A stretch of DNA of 64,000 bases from Polyangiaceae bacterium. Lineage in GTDB: Bacteria; Myxococcota_A; Polyangia; Polyangiales; Polyangiaceae. Both the position numbers and the translations under genes were made by a program. The stretch spans positions 128,001 to 192,000 of the forward strand of contig CBDCTZ010000005.1 of the NCBI GenBank assembly GCA_965222375.1, given 5' to 3'. This document shows, piece by piece, positions 20,566 to 31,187 of the stretch. Below the pieces are notes generated by a model that was given only the letters and a program-made list of their open reading frames with translations, did not search any database and was not told the origin of the DNA. The number at the start of each line of letters is the position of its first letter. The stretch's first letter is position 1.

Positions 20566-21714
20566 GTGAAGACCGACGCGGACGTGGTGATCGTGGGAGG
20601 AGGCATCATGGGCCTCAGCATCGCCTATCACCTCGCCAAGGACCACGGGCTGAAACACGTGGTGGTTGCAGAAGCGTCCTACCTTTGCAGCGGAGCCAGT
20701 GGACGCAACGGAGGTGGGATCCGTGCTCAATGGTCCACCGAAGCCAACATCGTCCTGATGCAGGAGTCGCTGCGGCTGTGTCGAGACTTTGCTCGAGAGC
20801 ATCGCATCAATACCTGGTTCCGCCAGGGCGGTTACTTGTTCCTGGTGCGGTCTGAGCAGCGTATGCGCGCCCTCGAGAAGAGCGTCGCGCTGCAGAACGA
20901 AAACGGCGTGCGCACGCGAATGCTCTCCAGCGCGGAAGCCACCAAGTTGGTCCCCGAGCTTTCCACGGATGGGCTTGTGGCCGCGAGCTACAATCCGGAC
21001 GACGCGGTGGTCTTTCCCTGGCCCTTTGTGTGGGGCTACGCCGAGGGCGCCACCCGACTTGGGGTCGAGGTCCTACCCTTCACGCCTGTGACACACATCG
21101 AGGTTTCCAACGGTGCGGTTTACGCGGTCGAGACGCCGCGAGGCAGGATCCGCACTCGGCGAGTGGTCAACGCAGCAGGCGCGTACAGCCCCGCCGTGGC
21201 CGCATTGGTGGACGTGACGCTTCCGAACCATCCCCACCGCCACGAGATCTGCTCCAGCGAACCCCTCAAGCCTTGGCTCACACCCCTGGTGGCAGATCTC
21301 GACAACGGCCTCTACTTCTCCCAATCCACCCGGGGCGAAATCGTCGGTGGCATCAGCAACAAGAAGGTTCCAGAGGGGGAGAGCCAGGCGTCGAGCAACC
21401 GTTTCTTGACGCTCTACGCCAAGGCGCTGATGCGCGCCTGCCCCATCCTGGGGCGGGTGAAGGTGTTGCGCCAATGGGCGGGCCTATACGACATCACTCC
21501 GGATCAGAATCCGATCGTCGGCAGCGTCGACGAAGTCGAAGGCTTTTATCTGGCGTGTGGCTTCATGGGACACGGGTTCATGATGGCGCCCGTCATGGGC
21601 AAGCGCCTGGCGGCTCACGTTGCAACGGGCGAGCGCTCGGAACTCTTCGAACGCTGGAACCTGCGCCGCTATCGCGAAGGCAATTTGCTCTCCGAAGGCA
21701 TGATCATCGGCTGA
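20566..21714 (+). CDS. FAD-dependent oxidoreductase (DAO / sarcosine oxidase beta-like)
   Basis: VGGGIMG, GASGRNGG, WAGLYDITPD, GHGFMMAP. Confidence 0.92.
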   Translation: MKTDADVVIVGGGIMGLSIAYHLAKDHGLKHVVVAEASYLCSGASGRNGGGIRAQWSTEANIVLMQESLRLCRDFAREHRINTWFRQGGYLFLVRSEQRMRALEKSVALQNENGVRTRMLSSAEATKLVPELSTDGLVAASYNPDDAVVFPWPFVWGYAEGATRLGVEVLPFTPVTHIEVSNGAVYAVETPRGRIRTRRVVNAAGAYSPAVAALVDVTLPNHPHRHEICSSEPLKPWLTPLVADLDNGLYFSQSTRGEIVGGISNKKVPEGESQASSNRFLTLYAKALMRACPILGRVKVLRQWAGLYDITPDQNPIVGSVDEVEGFYLACGFMGHGFMMAPVMGKRLAAHVATGERSELFERWNLRRYREGNLLSEGMIIG

Positions 21715-21764
21715 GGTCGGCGCGCTGGTTGCCACCTCGAAACCTGGGTGTAGGCTAGGGACTC

Positions 21765-23588
21765 ATGCGCGCGATTCAGCTGCTCTCGATTTGCTTGCTC
21801 ACGGCGGCAAGCGCCGGTTGTTCCAAGTCCTCCCGCGCTCCGAAAACGGGCTACGACGCTGCGCCGTTGCTCACGTCCTTGCGAGCAGGTGAAGCGGAGC
21901 AAGCGCAACGCAGCCTGGGAACGCCCCTCAACAGCCTTCCCTACTACGCCCTGGACTTGAACATCTCGGATGGCTTGAACGCCTTCGACCTCACGGAGAC
22001 GCTGCATTTCCAAAACCAGACGACCAAGCCGCTGCGCGAAGTCGCGTTGAGGGTGTACGTCAACGCGACAGCCGAAAAACCGCCGGTCGAGTTCCTCGAG
22101 GGCAGCTGTCTGGATGGGGTCAGCTGCACGGTCGCGGCCCGGGGCCCCAGCACGATCGTCGTGACCCTGGCCAAGCCCCTGGCACCAAAGGCCAACCTGC
22201 GAGCAAAGCTGAAGCTGAAAGGTACCCTCGCCCACATCGGCAAGTCCCGTACGAGCCTGCTAGCGCAAAGCTTCGAGTCCATGGCTCGCATGCGCTCGGG
22301 CAAGGGTGGCGGAGACTACGGATTGCTCGCGGAGGGTGAAGGCATATCGTCCTTCGCCAGCTTCTACCCGGTGCTGGCACGCTTCGACTCAGGCAAGTGG
22401 GAGTACGACGACGAGAGCACGATGGGTGACCTCGGCGCATCCGGCATGAGTCACGTTTCGCTGGACGTCAGCCTTCCCAAGGCTGCGCAAATTGCCACAT
22501 CCGGCGTCATAGCCTCCGAAGGCACGCCGAAAGACGGCCGCCGCCAGGTAAAGATCCAAGCCGGCCTGGTGCGTGATGTTTCGCTCCTCGTCAGCACGCA
22601 GTTTCGCTCAGCCTCCCGCAATGTCGGCGGAGTGACCATTCGCTCCCACTACCTTGCGGGGGACGAAAAGTCGGGCAAGAAGGTGCTGGATGCCGCCGAG
22701 CATTCCCTCGCGGTGTTCGAGAAGCGCTTCGGCGCCTATCCCTACAAGGACCTGGACGTCGTGGAAGCGCCCCTGGTTGGCGGCGCAGGCGGCGTCGAGT
22801 TCAGCGGCTTGGTGACCGTGGCGAGCATGTTCTATCGGCCACGCTTCGCCGATGGCACATGGGGGATCCTGACCAATTTGATTGGCGGCCCCAGCCAAGG
22901 CGAACTCGAAAAGATGACTACGGGGATCTTGGAGTTCGTGACGGCGCATGAAGTCGCTCATCAGTACTTTCCTGGCTTGGTTGGCAGCGACATCCGAAAG
23001 CACCCCTTCGCCGACGAAGCCATGGCCCAGTGGGCCGCGCTGCTCTACTTCGAGGACCGCTACGGCAAAGAGCGAGCGAAAAACGAAGCGAACCGTCAGG
23101 TCTTGGCCAACTACCACATGATGCGGCTGATGGATCTTCCCGATGCGGCCGTGGATAGACCCGTGGAAGCCTTTGAGTCCGAGATCGCCTACGCGGGCTT
23201 GGTTTACGGCAAGGGCCCATTTTTCTTTCGGGAATTGCGATCCCTGGTTGGCGACGACGCCTACTTCAAAGGATTGCGCAAAGTGATTGCCAGTAATCGC
23301 TTCGTCGAGGCGCCACCCCGAGCCTTGGTGAAAGAACTAGCGCGCGGCAAGAACGCCGCACGGGTCAACGCACTGGCGAAGCACTGGCTGGACGAAAGCC
23401 ACGGAGACGCGGACTTGGGCAAGCCGGACATGCGAGTGCTGATTGGCGCATGGCTTGGTCCGGAGATGACCAAACAAATGGGGCCGGAGATGGAAACCGC
23501 CATGCGGCTGATGCTGAAGCTCATGACCGGCAAAGGCGGCGGCGGCGATCTGGGCGGCCTGCTCAACGGCCTGCTCGGCGGCGGCTGA
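21765..23588 (+). CDS. M1-family (gluzincin) aminopeptidase-like lipoprotein
   Basis: GGVEF, HEVAHQYF...DEAMA, VYGKG. Confidence 0.88.
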   Translation: MRAIQLLSICLLTAASAGCSKSSRAPKTGYDAAPLLTSLRAGEAEQAQRSLGTPLNSLPYYALDLNISDGLNAFDLTETLHFQNQTTKPLREVALRVYVNATAEKPPVEFLEGSCLDGVSCTVAARGPSTIVVTLAKPLAPKANLRAKLKLKGTLAHIGKSRTSLLAQSFESMARMRSGKGGGDYGLLAEGEGISSFASFYPVLARFDSGKWEYDDESTMGDLGASGMSHVSLDVSLPKAAQIATSGVIASEGTPKDGRRQVKIQAGLVRDVSLLVSTQFRSASRNVGGVTIRSHYLAGDEKSGKKVLDAAEHSLAVFEKRFGAYPYKDLDVVEAPLVGGAGGVEFSGLVTVASMFYRPRFADGTWGILTNLIGGPSQGELEKMTTGILEFVTAHEVAHQYFPGLVGSDIRKHPFADEAMAQWAALLYFEDRYGKERAKNEANRQVLANYHMMRLMDLPDAAVDRPVEAFESEIAYAGLVYGKGPFFFRELRSLVGDDAYFKGLRKVIASNRFVEAPPRALVKELARGKNAARVNALAKHWLDESHGDADLGKPDMRVLIGAWLGPEMTKQMGPEMETAMRLMLKLMTGKGGGGDLGGLLNGLLGGG

Positions 23589-23618
23589 AGTCGAAAACCG
23601 CGAGGCTCGCAACGAACC

Positions 23619-24899
23619 TCAGAAGGTGTCCAGGGCCACGACTCCTGCGTCGCCATGACAAGCGACGTACTCGCTACGCAATCCCAAGCACTGGGCTCGC
23701 GCCGCGCAGCCGTTGCATGCGGCTGCAAATTCGTGGCGTGCGGTAGCCGACTCGGCGATGCGTGAGCCCTCCAGGGGTCGCCAAAGCTCAGGAGACCCCT
23801 CCACGACACATGGGGGAAATCCACATGTGCCGACGCACTCGACAGCAACCCCAGCGGCTTGCAGCCGATTCAGCGCCGCCGGCAACGCTCTTCGAACCGC
23901 TTCCAGCGTCGGACAGTGCGCATTGTACCAATTCAGGTCGAAGGCCGCACTCGGCTGCGACAGCACGACTCGCTCAATTTCGCCAATCTGCTCGACCACG
24001 AAGTTCGCGTACTGCTCCAAGCCGTCAACGGACTGTCGGAACACGACGCAATTAAGTGTCACGGCCAAGCCCGCAGAGACGCAGGCCCGCAATCCTTGAA
24101 CGGTCTTGGCGTGAGTACCCGGCGCCCGGGTCAGCTCATCAGACAAGGCAGGGTCGTGGGAATGAAGTGACACAAAGACTTCGCGCAGCCCCGCTCCGCG
24201 TAGTTTGTCGAGAAAGTCAGACTGGCGCAGGCGAATGGCATTGGTTTCCAGACAAACGCGCATCCCATGACGCTCCGTCGCCCGTTCGATGAGAGGCCCA
24301 AGCTCGGCATGCAAGGTGGGCTCGCCGCCACTGATGACCAAACGCTCGGCACCGAGCCCAGCTAGCTCGTCCAACCAGCGCGCATAGAGGTCCCCAGGCG
24401 GCTCGGGCCAGCGACGGGACTGCCAGCAGAAACCGCAGTCTTGATTGCAGCGAAACCCAAGACGAAGCGTGCCCTCTTTGCGGACGGGCTCGTAGCTGCG
24501 CAACATGAAGTCCTCGGTGCCGGCCGACTCGAGGTGTTGTGCCAACGCCGTCTCCACCGCTTCGGCCGCGGCGGGCGAAAGGTCCCGAAAGCGCGTCGCC
24601 AGTCCATCGAGAGCCGTTCGCTTTGCTGGGTCGGCGTAGGGATCCACGCCGTCCCTTCCCTTGCGGTACGAGAGCGCCAGCTCGCCCCGGCGCGCGAAAG
24701 CGGGTTGTTCGGCCGGGGCTGCCCCGAGCTCGAGGGTCAGCCCCGCAGTCGGGCACTCGAGCAGCAGACCCGCCGCACCGGGCATCTTGGCTCTCCCCTG
24801 GAGGCGGACTTGTAGCCCCAGAACCTCTTCGAGAACTCGCTCGGTCTGTCCCGCCAGATCCGCAACCCACGGAGTGAGTGAGACGACCGGGAGCTTCAC
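23619..24899 (-). CDS. Radical SAM protein with C-terminal Cys cluster
   Basis: CNQDCGFC, SGGEPT, ETNA; CGFPPC and CNGC....C; GTG start overlaps upstream TGA. Confidence 0.9.
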   Translation of the reverse strand: MKLPVVSLTPWVADLAGQTERVLEEVLGLQVRLQGRAKMPGAAGLLLECPTAGLTLELGAAPAEQPAFARRGELALSYRKGRDGVDPYADPAKRTALDGLATRFRDLSPAAAEAVETALAQHLESAGTEDFMLRSYEPVRKEGTLRLGFRCNQDCGFCWQSRRWPEPPGDLYARWLDELAGLGAERLVISGGEPTLHAELGPLIERATERHGMRVCLETNAIRLRQSDFLDKLRGAGLREVFVSLHSHDPALSDELTRAPGTHAKTVQGLRACVSAGLAVTLNCVVFRQSVDGLEQYANFVVEQIGEIERVVLSQPSAAFDLNWYNAHCPTLEAVRRALPAALNRLQAAGVAVECVGTCGFPPCVVEGSPELWRPLEGSRIAESATARHEFAAACNGCAARAQCLGLRSEYVACHGDAGVVALDTF

Positions 24900-27187
24900 T
24901 TGGGCACGGCGCCACAAGCCACGCCGCGGTACAGAGCGGCGTTGTTGTTCTCGTGGCACTCCTTGCTCAAGCTCTGGGGGTCGACTTTGACGAATACATC
25001 GACGGTCTCTCCCGCCAAGTCAGCCTTGCAGCTCACGATGGTGCACTCACCAACCTTCAACGCCTGAGCGATGGGCGCGGTACACAACAGCGTACCCGTC
25101 TCCGAGTCCTTGAAGAAGCTCACTTCAGTGCCGCTCACCATGGGCAGGGTGCCGCGATTGCAAACTCGGGCCTCGACCGTGGCCACAGTACCGTCGCACT
25201 TGACGGCACCCACGTCGCCGCCGGCAGTCAAGTCGGGCTCGCCGAGCGCTTCCAGATCACCTTGCACATTCTGGCGGAAGTTGTTCAGCCCGGGCTGCTT
25301 CCAATTCAGGGCAACCGCGGAGCTCTTGGGGATTTCTCCGCGATCCCCAACATGGGTTACCGCGTAGGCATGCTGGTTCCACACCGGACGCGAGGCTGCC
25401 CAGCGGTCCTTTTCGTCTCGCAGCACCACGATTCCGTGGTTGGTCGAGAAGGTGGAAGTCGAAAGCAGAGGATCCGTACTCGGGCAACCGAGGCTGCCAG
25501 CGTACTCGTTGACCGCCGACACGATTTCGGTACGGAAATCCCCATCCACGTCGACGATCACGGGGTTTTCATAGGTCGTGCCACTCGAGCGAGCGGCGGA
25601 ATACAGCACCTTGCCTGTTGCGCCCTCATAGACCCGCAAGAAGCACTCGTCCGCGTAGACCGCCTCGGCCGAGCCGTCTGCGTCGAAGTCGAACACACTC
25701 GACCCGGTCACATTCGAACTGTTGTCTTGGGAAGGTTGAGACCAAAGCACACCGGTGGTCTTACTCTGACCGCCGCAGCCCGCGGCGCTCCCGCCACTCA
25801 GACAGTCGAAGTCGAACACGACGTACTGGCCGCCACCGGCACTCGCGAACTCGCGCCGACCGTCGCCATCGAAATCCGCAACCGTCGGGGGCCCGCCGCT
25901 TCCACCGCCGGGAATGTTCACCGGACCAAAAACGACGGTCCCTTCCAGAGTCTGCACCCGGACCTTGCCCGAGGAAACAACCACGATCTCCGCTCGGTCC
26001 TGGTTGCCGAATGCAGCAAGGGGGAAGTTACCCAACTCGGCCACCGCCACCTGTCCTCGGCTCAGGGAGGCGGGCGTGAAGTAAGTCTCCGGCACCCAGG
26101 CCGTGCCATTCCATTCCGCAATGGCATTGCCGTAGATGAACTCGGGCTTCTTGTCCTCGTCCACATCCGCAATCACTGGGACAACTCCCTTGTGATACCC
26201 CGGGTAGTTGCCGCCCCCGAGCAGGCAACCCTCCGAGCTATACACACTCGATTGATAGACAATCTCCGACACTCCATCGTCATTCATGTCGTGAATGCTC
26301 GGACCGCTCCACTGATCGCCACCGCCCGTCGAATCCGGCGTGGTTGGCGGCCCCTTGCCGCCCGTGCACGTTCCGGAGCGCCACATGCGCTCGAAGGCCT
26401 TGGTCGTGGCGTTGTACTGGAATGCGATCAGGCCACCACCGTGGGCGGCGGCCACGATGTCCGCGCGCCCGTCCCCATTGATATCCCCGACCGCCACCGA
26501 GGCCGGTGACATGGTCGCGTCGGCGGGCGCCGGCACCGTGTACTGATGCGAGCAGTCTACGCCGCTCACCACGCGCAACACGCCCGGGTTGCTGTAGGAG
26601 CCGCTGGTAGGAAAGCTGGAAAATACAATGGACGGCAAGAGCGTCTTCGGGTCCTCGTCCAAGTCGAAGTCCACCACGACCGGCGTCGCCATCACGTGGT
26701 GATGGTTCGGGAATGGATCCCCGGCGGGGGGAGCTGTCCAACGGCATTGAACCGCCGGGACGATTTGACCAATTTCGATCTTCACCTTGCAGGTGTCGTC
26801 CTTGATCTTGCCCGGCGGCACCTCGTAGGGAATGCAGGTCCCGTTGTCACAGTAGCTGTCGAACCAGCAGTCGTCATTGGTGGTACACGGTGGCTGCTCG
26901 GGAGCGCACTGAGTGTTTTTTGCGCAGAATTCGGCGGCGCCGCAGCACTCACCCGGGCAGTCCTGAGCAGCAGGGCAGTTTCCACTACCGCCGGTACTGA
27001 TACCGCCTCCGGTTCCACCGCCTCCGGTTCCAGCATCCGGCGTCACGCAGGTTCCATTCAGACAGACCTGACCCGCGCCGCAGTTGTCGCAACCACCAGC
27101 CACGGTCGAAGTGTCGGAATCGCCCCCGCAGGACGCGATCACCACGGAAAGCACGGCCCCGCACAGGCTCCAGGCAAAGATGCGCAT
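24896..27187 (-). CDS. Cys-rich lipoprotein with FG-GAP/VCBS repeats and CARDB-like C-terminus
   Basis: DINGDGRADI, DFDGDGRRE, FDFDADGSAE, DVDGD repeats; NNFRQN; ECHENNN. Confidence 0.88.
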   Translation of the reverse strand: MRIFAWSLCGAVLSVVIASCGGDSDTSTVAGGCDNCGAGQVCLNGTCVTPDAGTGGGGTGGGISTGGSGNCPAAQDCPGECCGAAEFCAKNTQCAPEQPPCTTNDDCWFDSYCDNGTCIPYEVPPGKIKDDTCKVKIEIGQIVPAVQCRWTAPPAGDPFPNHHHVMATPVVVDFDLDEDPKTLLPSIVFSSFPTSGSYSNPGVLRVVSGVDCSHQYTVPAPADATMSPASVAVGDINGDGRADIVAAAHGGGLIAFQYNATTKAFERMWRSGTCTGGKGPPTTPDSTGGGDQWSGPSIHDMNDDGVSEIVYQSSVYSSEGCLLGGGNYPGYHKGVVPVIADVDEDKKPEFIYGNAIAEWNGTAWVPETYFTPASLSRGQVAVAELGNFPLAAFGNQDRAEIVVVSSGKVRVQTLEGTVVFGPVNIPGGGSGGPPTVADFDGDGRREFASAGGGQYVVFDFDCLSGGSAAGCGGQSKTTGVLWSQPSQDNSSNVTGSSVFDFDADGSAEAVYADECFLRVYEGATGKVLYSAARSSGTTYENPVIVDVDGDFRTEIVSAVNEYAGSLGCPSTDPLLSTSTFSTNHGIVVLRDEKDRWAASRPVWNQHAYAVTHVGDRGEIPKSSAVALNWKQPGLNNFRQNVQGDLEALGEPDLTAGGDVGAVKCDGTVATVEARVCNRGTLPMVSGTEVSFFKDSETGTLLCTAPIAQALKVGECTIVSCKADLAGETVDVFVKVDPQSLSKECHENNNAALYRGVACGAVPK

Positions 27188-27274
27188 GCGAGAAGTGTCC
27201 CCGCGCGCGGGCGCGGCGGCAACCATCAGCTGAACGGGCTTTGACCCAGCCCGCGTTTTGGCTAGCTTCAAGTC

Positions 27275-28573
27275 ATGGGTCGCGCGCTTTGGTGGAGCTT
27301 GTTGGTCGCCCTGCCCTGCCTCGGTTGTGGCGAGTCTTCGTCCGCAGACTCGACCCCGAGTGGTGGAGCTGCCGGGGGCGGCGGGCAGGCGGGCAGTGGC
27401 GGCGGCAGCGCTGGTGCGAGTGCGGGCGCCGCTGGCGCAGGAGGCCAGGCAGCCGCGGGAGGAGGCGCCGGGGCGGACGCCGGCAGCTGCCAAGCGACCG
27501 CACAATCCAGTTCCACGGTCGATCCCAAGTCGCCGCCTTTTGCCATCGTCGGCGATCCGCCCGTGGGCCGTGGGATCTTCGACCCCGATCCCGAGTACCC
27601 CCTGAATGCACCCATGGGGGCCCTGAGCTACTCGGCCGTCGAGGCAACCAACAGCATCGCGACTCGCATTGCGGTCAGCAGCGACCAAGGGAAAACTTGG
27701 ACCTACGCCGCGAACGCGAATGCCTCAGGCCCACTCACCATTCCGGTGGTGAGCACCTCCACGCGCTGCCCGGGTGGCACTTGCAGCGGGCACTGGATCC
27801 ACGAGGTCTCGTCGCTGATCTTCGACGCGGACGACCCAATTGCCGCGCGGCGCTGGAAGCTCTTCACTCACAGCTACCTGGTTCTCCCGGGCGACGTACT
27901 TGGCTACGATCTGGGTCACATTGCGTTGCACGTTGCGAAAGATGCAGCGGGCCCTTGGAAGACCGAAGGTGGAGTCCTCGGCTGGGACGGCGAAAGCTCC
28001 GTGTCCAGCGACAACATCACGACCAACGTCTCCAAGTTCAATCAGCTCAAAGACTGTGTGGCGCTCACAGAACCCTCGGCCCGCTGGCGCAATGGCGGCA
28101 TCATTGATCTGGCGGTGGGCTGCGCCACGGCCACCAATCGCATCCGAATCGAACTATTCCGGTCCTTGGATCACGCCAAGACCTTCTTGTATACGAGGCG
28201 GTTGGTCGAAGCCGAAGACGCCCTTTGCCTGGGCGCAGCCCTGCCCAAGGTCAACGCCGCGGACCTATTCGCTGCGGGAGGCAAGAGCTACCTATCCGTT
28301 TCCGTGCCCGGCACGAACAACCTCGGCTTCGAAGGATACCGGGGCTGCCGCATCCTCGAATTGAACGCCGGGGGCGATTCTCTGTCCCGAGACGCTTCCG
28401 GCGCGCCTGTTGTGGCCCGCAAGATAGATGCTCCGGACAACCGATTCATCGGCGCTTGCGGCGCCGCAGAAGGTGCTTCGGCTGCAGGCTATTTCGTGAG
28501 CATGCTGACGAACGACACGCTGCCTCCCCCTCCCCAGTTCCGGATATTCACCTCACCCTCATCCCTGCCCTGA
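27275..28573 (+). CDS. Lipoprotein with Asp-box (sialidase-like) propeller
   Basis: Lipobox LGC, Gly linker, SSDQGKTW and SLDHAKTF. Confidence 0.7.
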   Translation: MGRALWWSLLVALPCLGCGESSSADSTPSGGAAGGGGQAGSGGGSAGASAGAAGAGGQAAAGGGAGADAGSCQATAQSSSTVDPKSPPFAIVGDPPVGRGIFDPDPEYPLNAPMGALSYSAVEATNSIATRIAVSSDQGKTWTYAANANASGPLTIPVVSTSTRCPGGTCSGHWIHEVSSLIFDADDPIAARRWKLFTHSYLVLPGDVLGYDLGHIALHVAKDAAGPWKTEGGVLGWDGESSVSSDNITTNVSKFNQLKDCVALTEPSARWRNGGIIDLAVGCATATNRIRIELFRSLDHAKTFLYTRRLVEAEDALCLGAALPKVNAADLFAAGGKSYLSVSVPGTNNLGFEGYRGCRILELNAGGDSLSRDASGAPVVARKIDAPDNRFIGACGAAEGASAAGYFVSMLTNDTLPPPPQFRIFTSPSSLP

Positions 28574-28580
28574 CCCTCCG

Positions 28581-29090
28581 ATGCTCCAATATCGCTTCGC
28601 ACTAGCCGCGGCGCTGGTCGGATGCGCCCCCGCAGAGCGCACCGCTAAGCCCCAACCCCCCTCCCCCCCCGGGCCTGAGCCCATCTCTTGCACCTCCATC
28701 GGCTGTCAGAACGGCCTCGAAATCGAATTCGTGCGAGCCGCCTGGCCCAGCGGGGACTACCGCATCGGCGTGGACGTGGACGGCAAGACCACGACCTGTG
28801 AAGGCAGTCTGCCCCTGAAGGCCTGTGACGCAGGTGCCAGCTTCGTGTGCTCGGGTACGCCAGGCGTCACCCTCGGCGAGAGCGGCTGCGCCCTTCCCGC
28901 GGCGTCCCATTCCCTTTCCGGGCTCTCCTTGGAAACCACTACCGCATCCCAGGTCACCCTCACCCTGGAGCATGCGGGCGCGTTGATTGGCACAACCACC
29001 TTTCAACCGGAATTCAGCGACGTGCGACCCAACGGGCCAGACTGTCCTCCTCTGTGCAGGAACGCGGGCAGACGACTCCGGCTGCGCTGA
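28581..29090 (+). CDS. Hypothetical lipoprotein
   Basis: LVGC lipobox, CTSIGC...PNGPDCPPLC. Confidence 0.75.
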   Translation: MLQYRFALAAALVGCAPAERTAKPQPPSPPGPEPISCTSIGCQNGLEIEFVRAAWPSGDYRIGVDVDGKTTTCEGSLPLKACDAGASFVCSGTPGVTLGESGCALPAASHSLSGLSLETTTASQVTLTLEHAGALIGTTTFQPEFSDVRPNGPDCPPLCRNAGRRLRLR

Positions 29091-29159
29091 AGCCCAGGCG
29101 CAAGTCGCGGGTGCGACGCTCACCCCGGAGCGTTCCGACGCGGCTATGATGCCCACGCC

Positions 29160-31145
29160 ATGAAGGACGACAACGAGCGCCCATCGACCGGTTCGCGCGC
29201 CACGGAACCGCTGTCCGAGAATGTCTCCCAGGTGAAAGCGCCAAGCGTCACGCTACCGGCCGCAGAGCCCAGTGCGCCTCCGCCGAGCGCGGCGCGCTCG
29301 ACCCGACTGGAAGACCGCGGCTTCGACAAGCGCTACGAGAAGAAAGACGTGCTGGGCCGTGGAGGCATGGGCGAAGTTCAACTCTGCCTCGATCGTCGCA
29401 TCGGCCGAGAGGTCGCGATGAAACTGGTTCGCCCGGCCGTGGCGCATCGGGAAGATCTGATGAACCGCTTCGAGCGGGAAGCCAAGATTCAAGGGCGTTT
29501 GGAGCACCCGAGTGTAGTGCCGGTGCACGACATGGGGCTCCGGCCCGATGGCTCGGTCTACTTCACCATGAAACGCCTACGTGGTCTGACCCTGGAGGCC
29601 GTCGTCGACGGGTTGAAAGCGAAGACACCGGACATCGTGGAACCCTTCAACATGCGGCGCATCCTGGGTGCACTGTCAGATCTGTGCCTCGGCGTCGCCT
29701 TCGCCCACAGCCGGGGTGTGATTCATCGTGACCTCAAGCCGGCCAACGTCGTCTTGGGGGAGTTCGGCGAGGTGCACGTGCTCGATTGGGGCATCGCCAA
29801 GGTGTTGGACGCGGACTCTGACGTCGCCGAGGAGAGTGTGCGCTCGTTGGCACCCCTGCCGGAAACTCCCCTGCCATCGCCGGAGTCCTTGGAGACCTTG
29901 ATCGAGGAAATCCCGGAGACCCGGGCCGGGTCCACCATGGGAACACCGGGCTACATGTCTCCAGAGCAAATGCTCGGTGGTGTCATCGATGGGCGCAGCG
30001 ACATCTACTCCCTGGGATGCCTGTTATTCGAAGCGCTGACCTTAGAGCCGCTACACCCACGCGACAGCTTGGATACGATCCGCGCATCCACCTTGGGCGG
30101 GAGCTGCAACGCGCGACCCAGCGCCCGCGCAAAGGGTCGCACCATCCCTCCCGAGCTGGACGAAATCTGCCTGCGAGCCACGGAGCTCGACCCCAATCAG
30201 CGGTACCGCAGCGCCCGGGATCTGCACGACGCCATCGAGAGCTTCTTGGCGGGCGATCGGGACGAGGAACGCCGGCGTGAGCTGGCCAAGGAGCGCGTCG
30301 AGGCAGCCCGCGCGGCTCTGGAGCGGACCGGCGAACCTGGGGACTTGAGCGCTCGGGTCAACGCCATCCGCGAGCTGACCGCCGCGATTTCCCTCCGGCC
30401 GGAAGATCCCGAAGCGCTCCGACTCTTGGCTCGCGCGCTGACAGACGCCCCAGATTCCCTGCCGTCGGAGGCAGAAACCGCCCTCGCCAAGCAGCGGGGA
30501 GAGCAGCGCAAACAGTCCGCGCGGGTTTCATTCTTGGGGCTTGTCGTCGTGCTGCTGATCCTGCCGCTCTTTTCAACCCTGGGCGTTCGCAGCTGGCCAG
30601 CATTGCTCTTGCTCTACGCCTGCGTGCTGGCCTTCACCGCCTTTTCGTATTGGCTCAGCCGCACCGGCGGCAACCGCACGCTCCACATCGTCGGATCAGC
30701 AACCCTCGGCGCCTCTGTTGCAGGCGTTTCCTCGGTCGTGGCGGGTCCACTGGTGTTGGTGCCGACTGCCGCCTGCGTCGTGGCCCTGGCGGTGATCATC
30801 AACTCGCGAGCAGAACCCCGACGCCGGAACTGGGTCCTGGCCATCGCGTCTTTGGCGGTACTGCTCCCCTTTTGCCTGCAGATCCTTGGAGTGCTCCCGG
30901 TCTCCTATGCCTTCGACGCCGAGGGCATGCGCGTCGTGCCCTGGGGCGTGAATCTGCCTCAAGCGCCCACCCTGCTCATGCTGTTGCTTGGGAACCTCGC
31001 GTGTTTGTTCGTCCCCGTGTTCGCCGTGGGGAGAGCCATCGACGTACTCGCCCACGCCGAACGCCAACTGTTTGCTCAAGCTTGGCATCTGCGCCAGCTC
31101 TTGCCCGACAGCCGGGACTCTTTGCCCCCACCGTCAAGGGTTTGA
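29160..31145 (+). CDS. Ser/Thr protein kinase with multi-TM C-terminus
   Basis: LGRGGMGEV, VAMK, HRDLKPAN, DWG, GTPGYMSPEQ; several C-terminal hydrophobic helices. Confidence 0.95.
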   Translation: MKDDNERPSTGSRATEPLSENVSQVKAPSVTLPAAEPSAPPPSAARSTRLEDRGFDKRYEKKDVLGRGGMGEVQLCLDRRIGREVAMKLVRPAVAHREDLMNRFEREAKIQGRLEHPSVVPVHDMGLRPDGSVYFTMKRLRGLTLEAVVDGLKAKTPDIVEPFNMRRILGALSDLCLGVAFAHSRGVIHRDLKPANVVLGEFGEVHVLDWGIAKVLDADSDVAEESVRSLAPLPETPLPSPESLETLIEEIPETRAGSTMGTPGYMSPEQMLGGVIDGRSDIYSLGCLLFEALTLEPLHPRDSLDTIRASTLGGSCNARPSARAKGRTIPPELDEICLRATELDPNQRYRSARDLHDAIESFLAGDRDEERRRELAKERVEAARAALERTGEPGDLSARVNAIRELTAAISLRPEDPEALRLLARALTDAPDSLPSEAETALAKQRGEQRKQSARVSFLGLVVVLLILPLFSTLGVRSWPALLLLYACVLAFTAFSYWLSRTGGNRTLHIVGSATLGASVAGVSSVVAGPLVLVPTAACVVALAVIINSRAEPRRRNWVLAIASLAVLLPFCLQILGVLPVSYAFDAEGMRVVPWGVNLPQAPTLLMLLLGNLACLFVPVFAVGRAIDVLAHAERQLFAQAWHLRQLLPDSRDSLPPPSRV

Positions 31146-31187
31146 CACCCGCCGCGACCAACGCCCGCGTGTTATCTTTGAAGCTGC

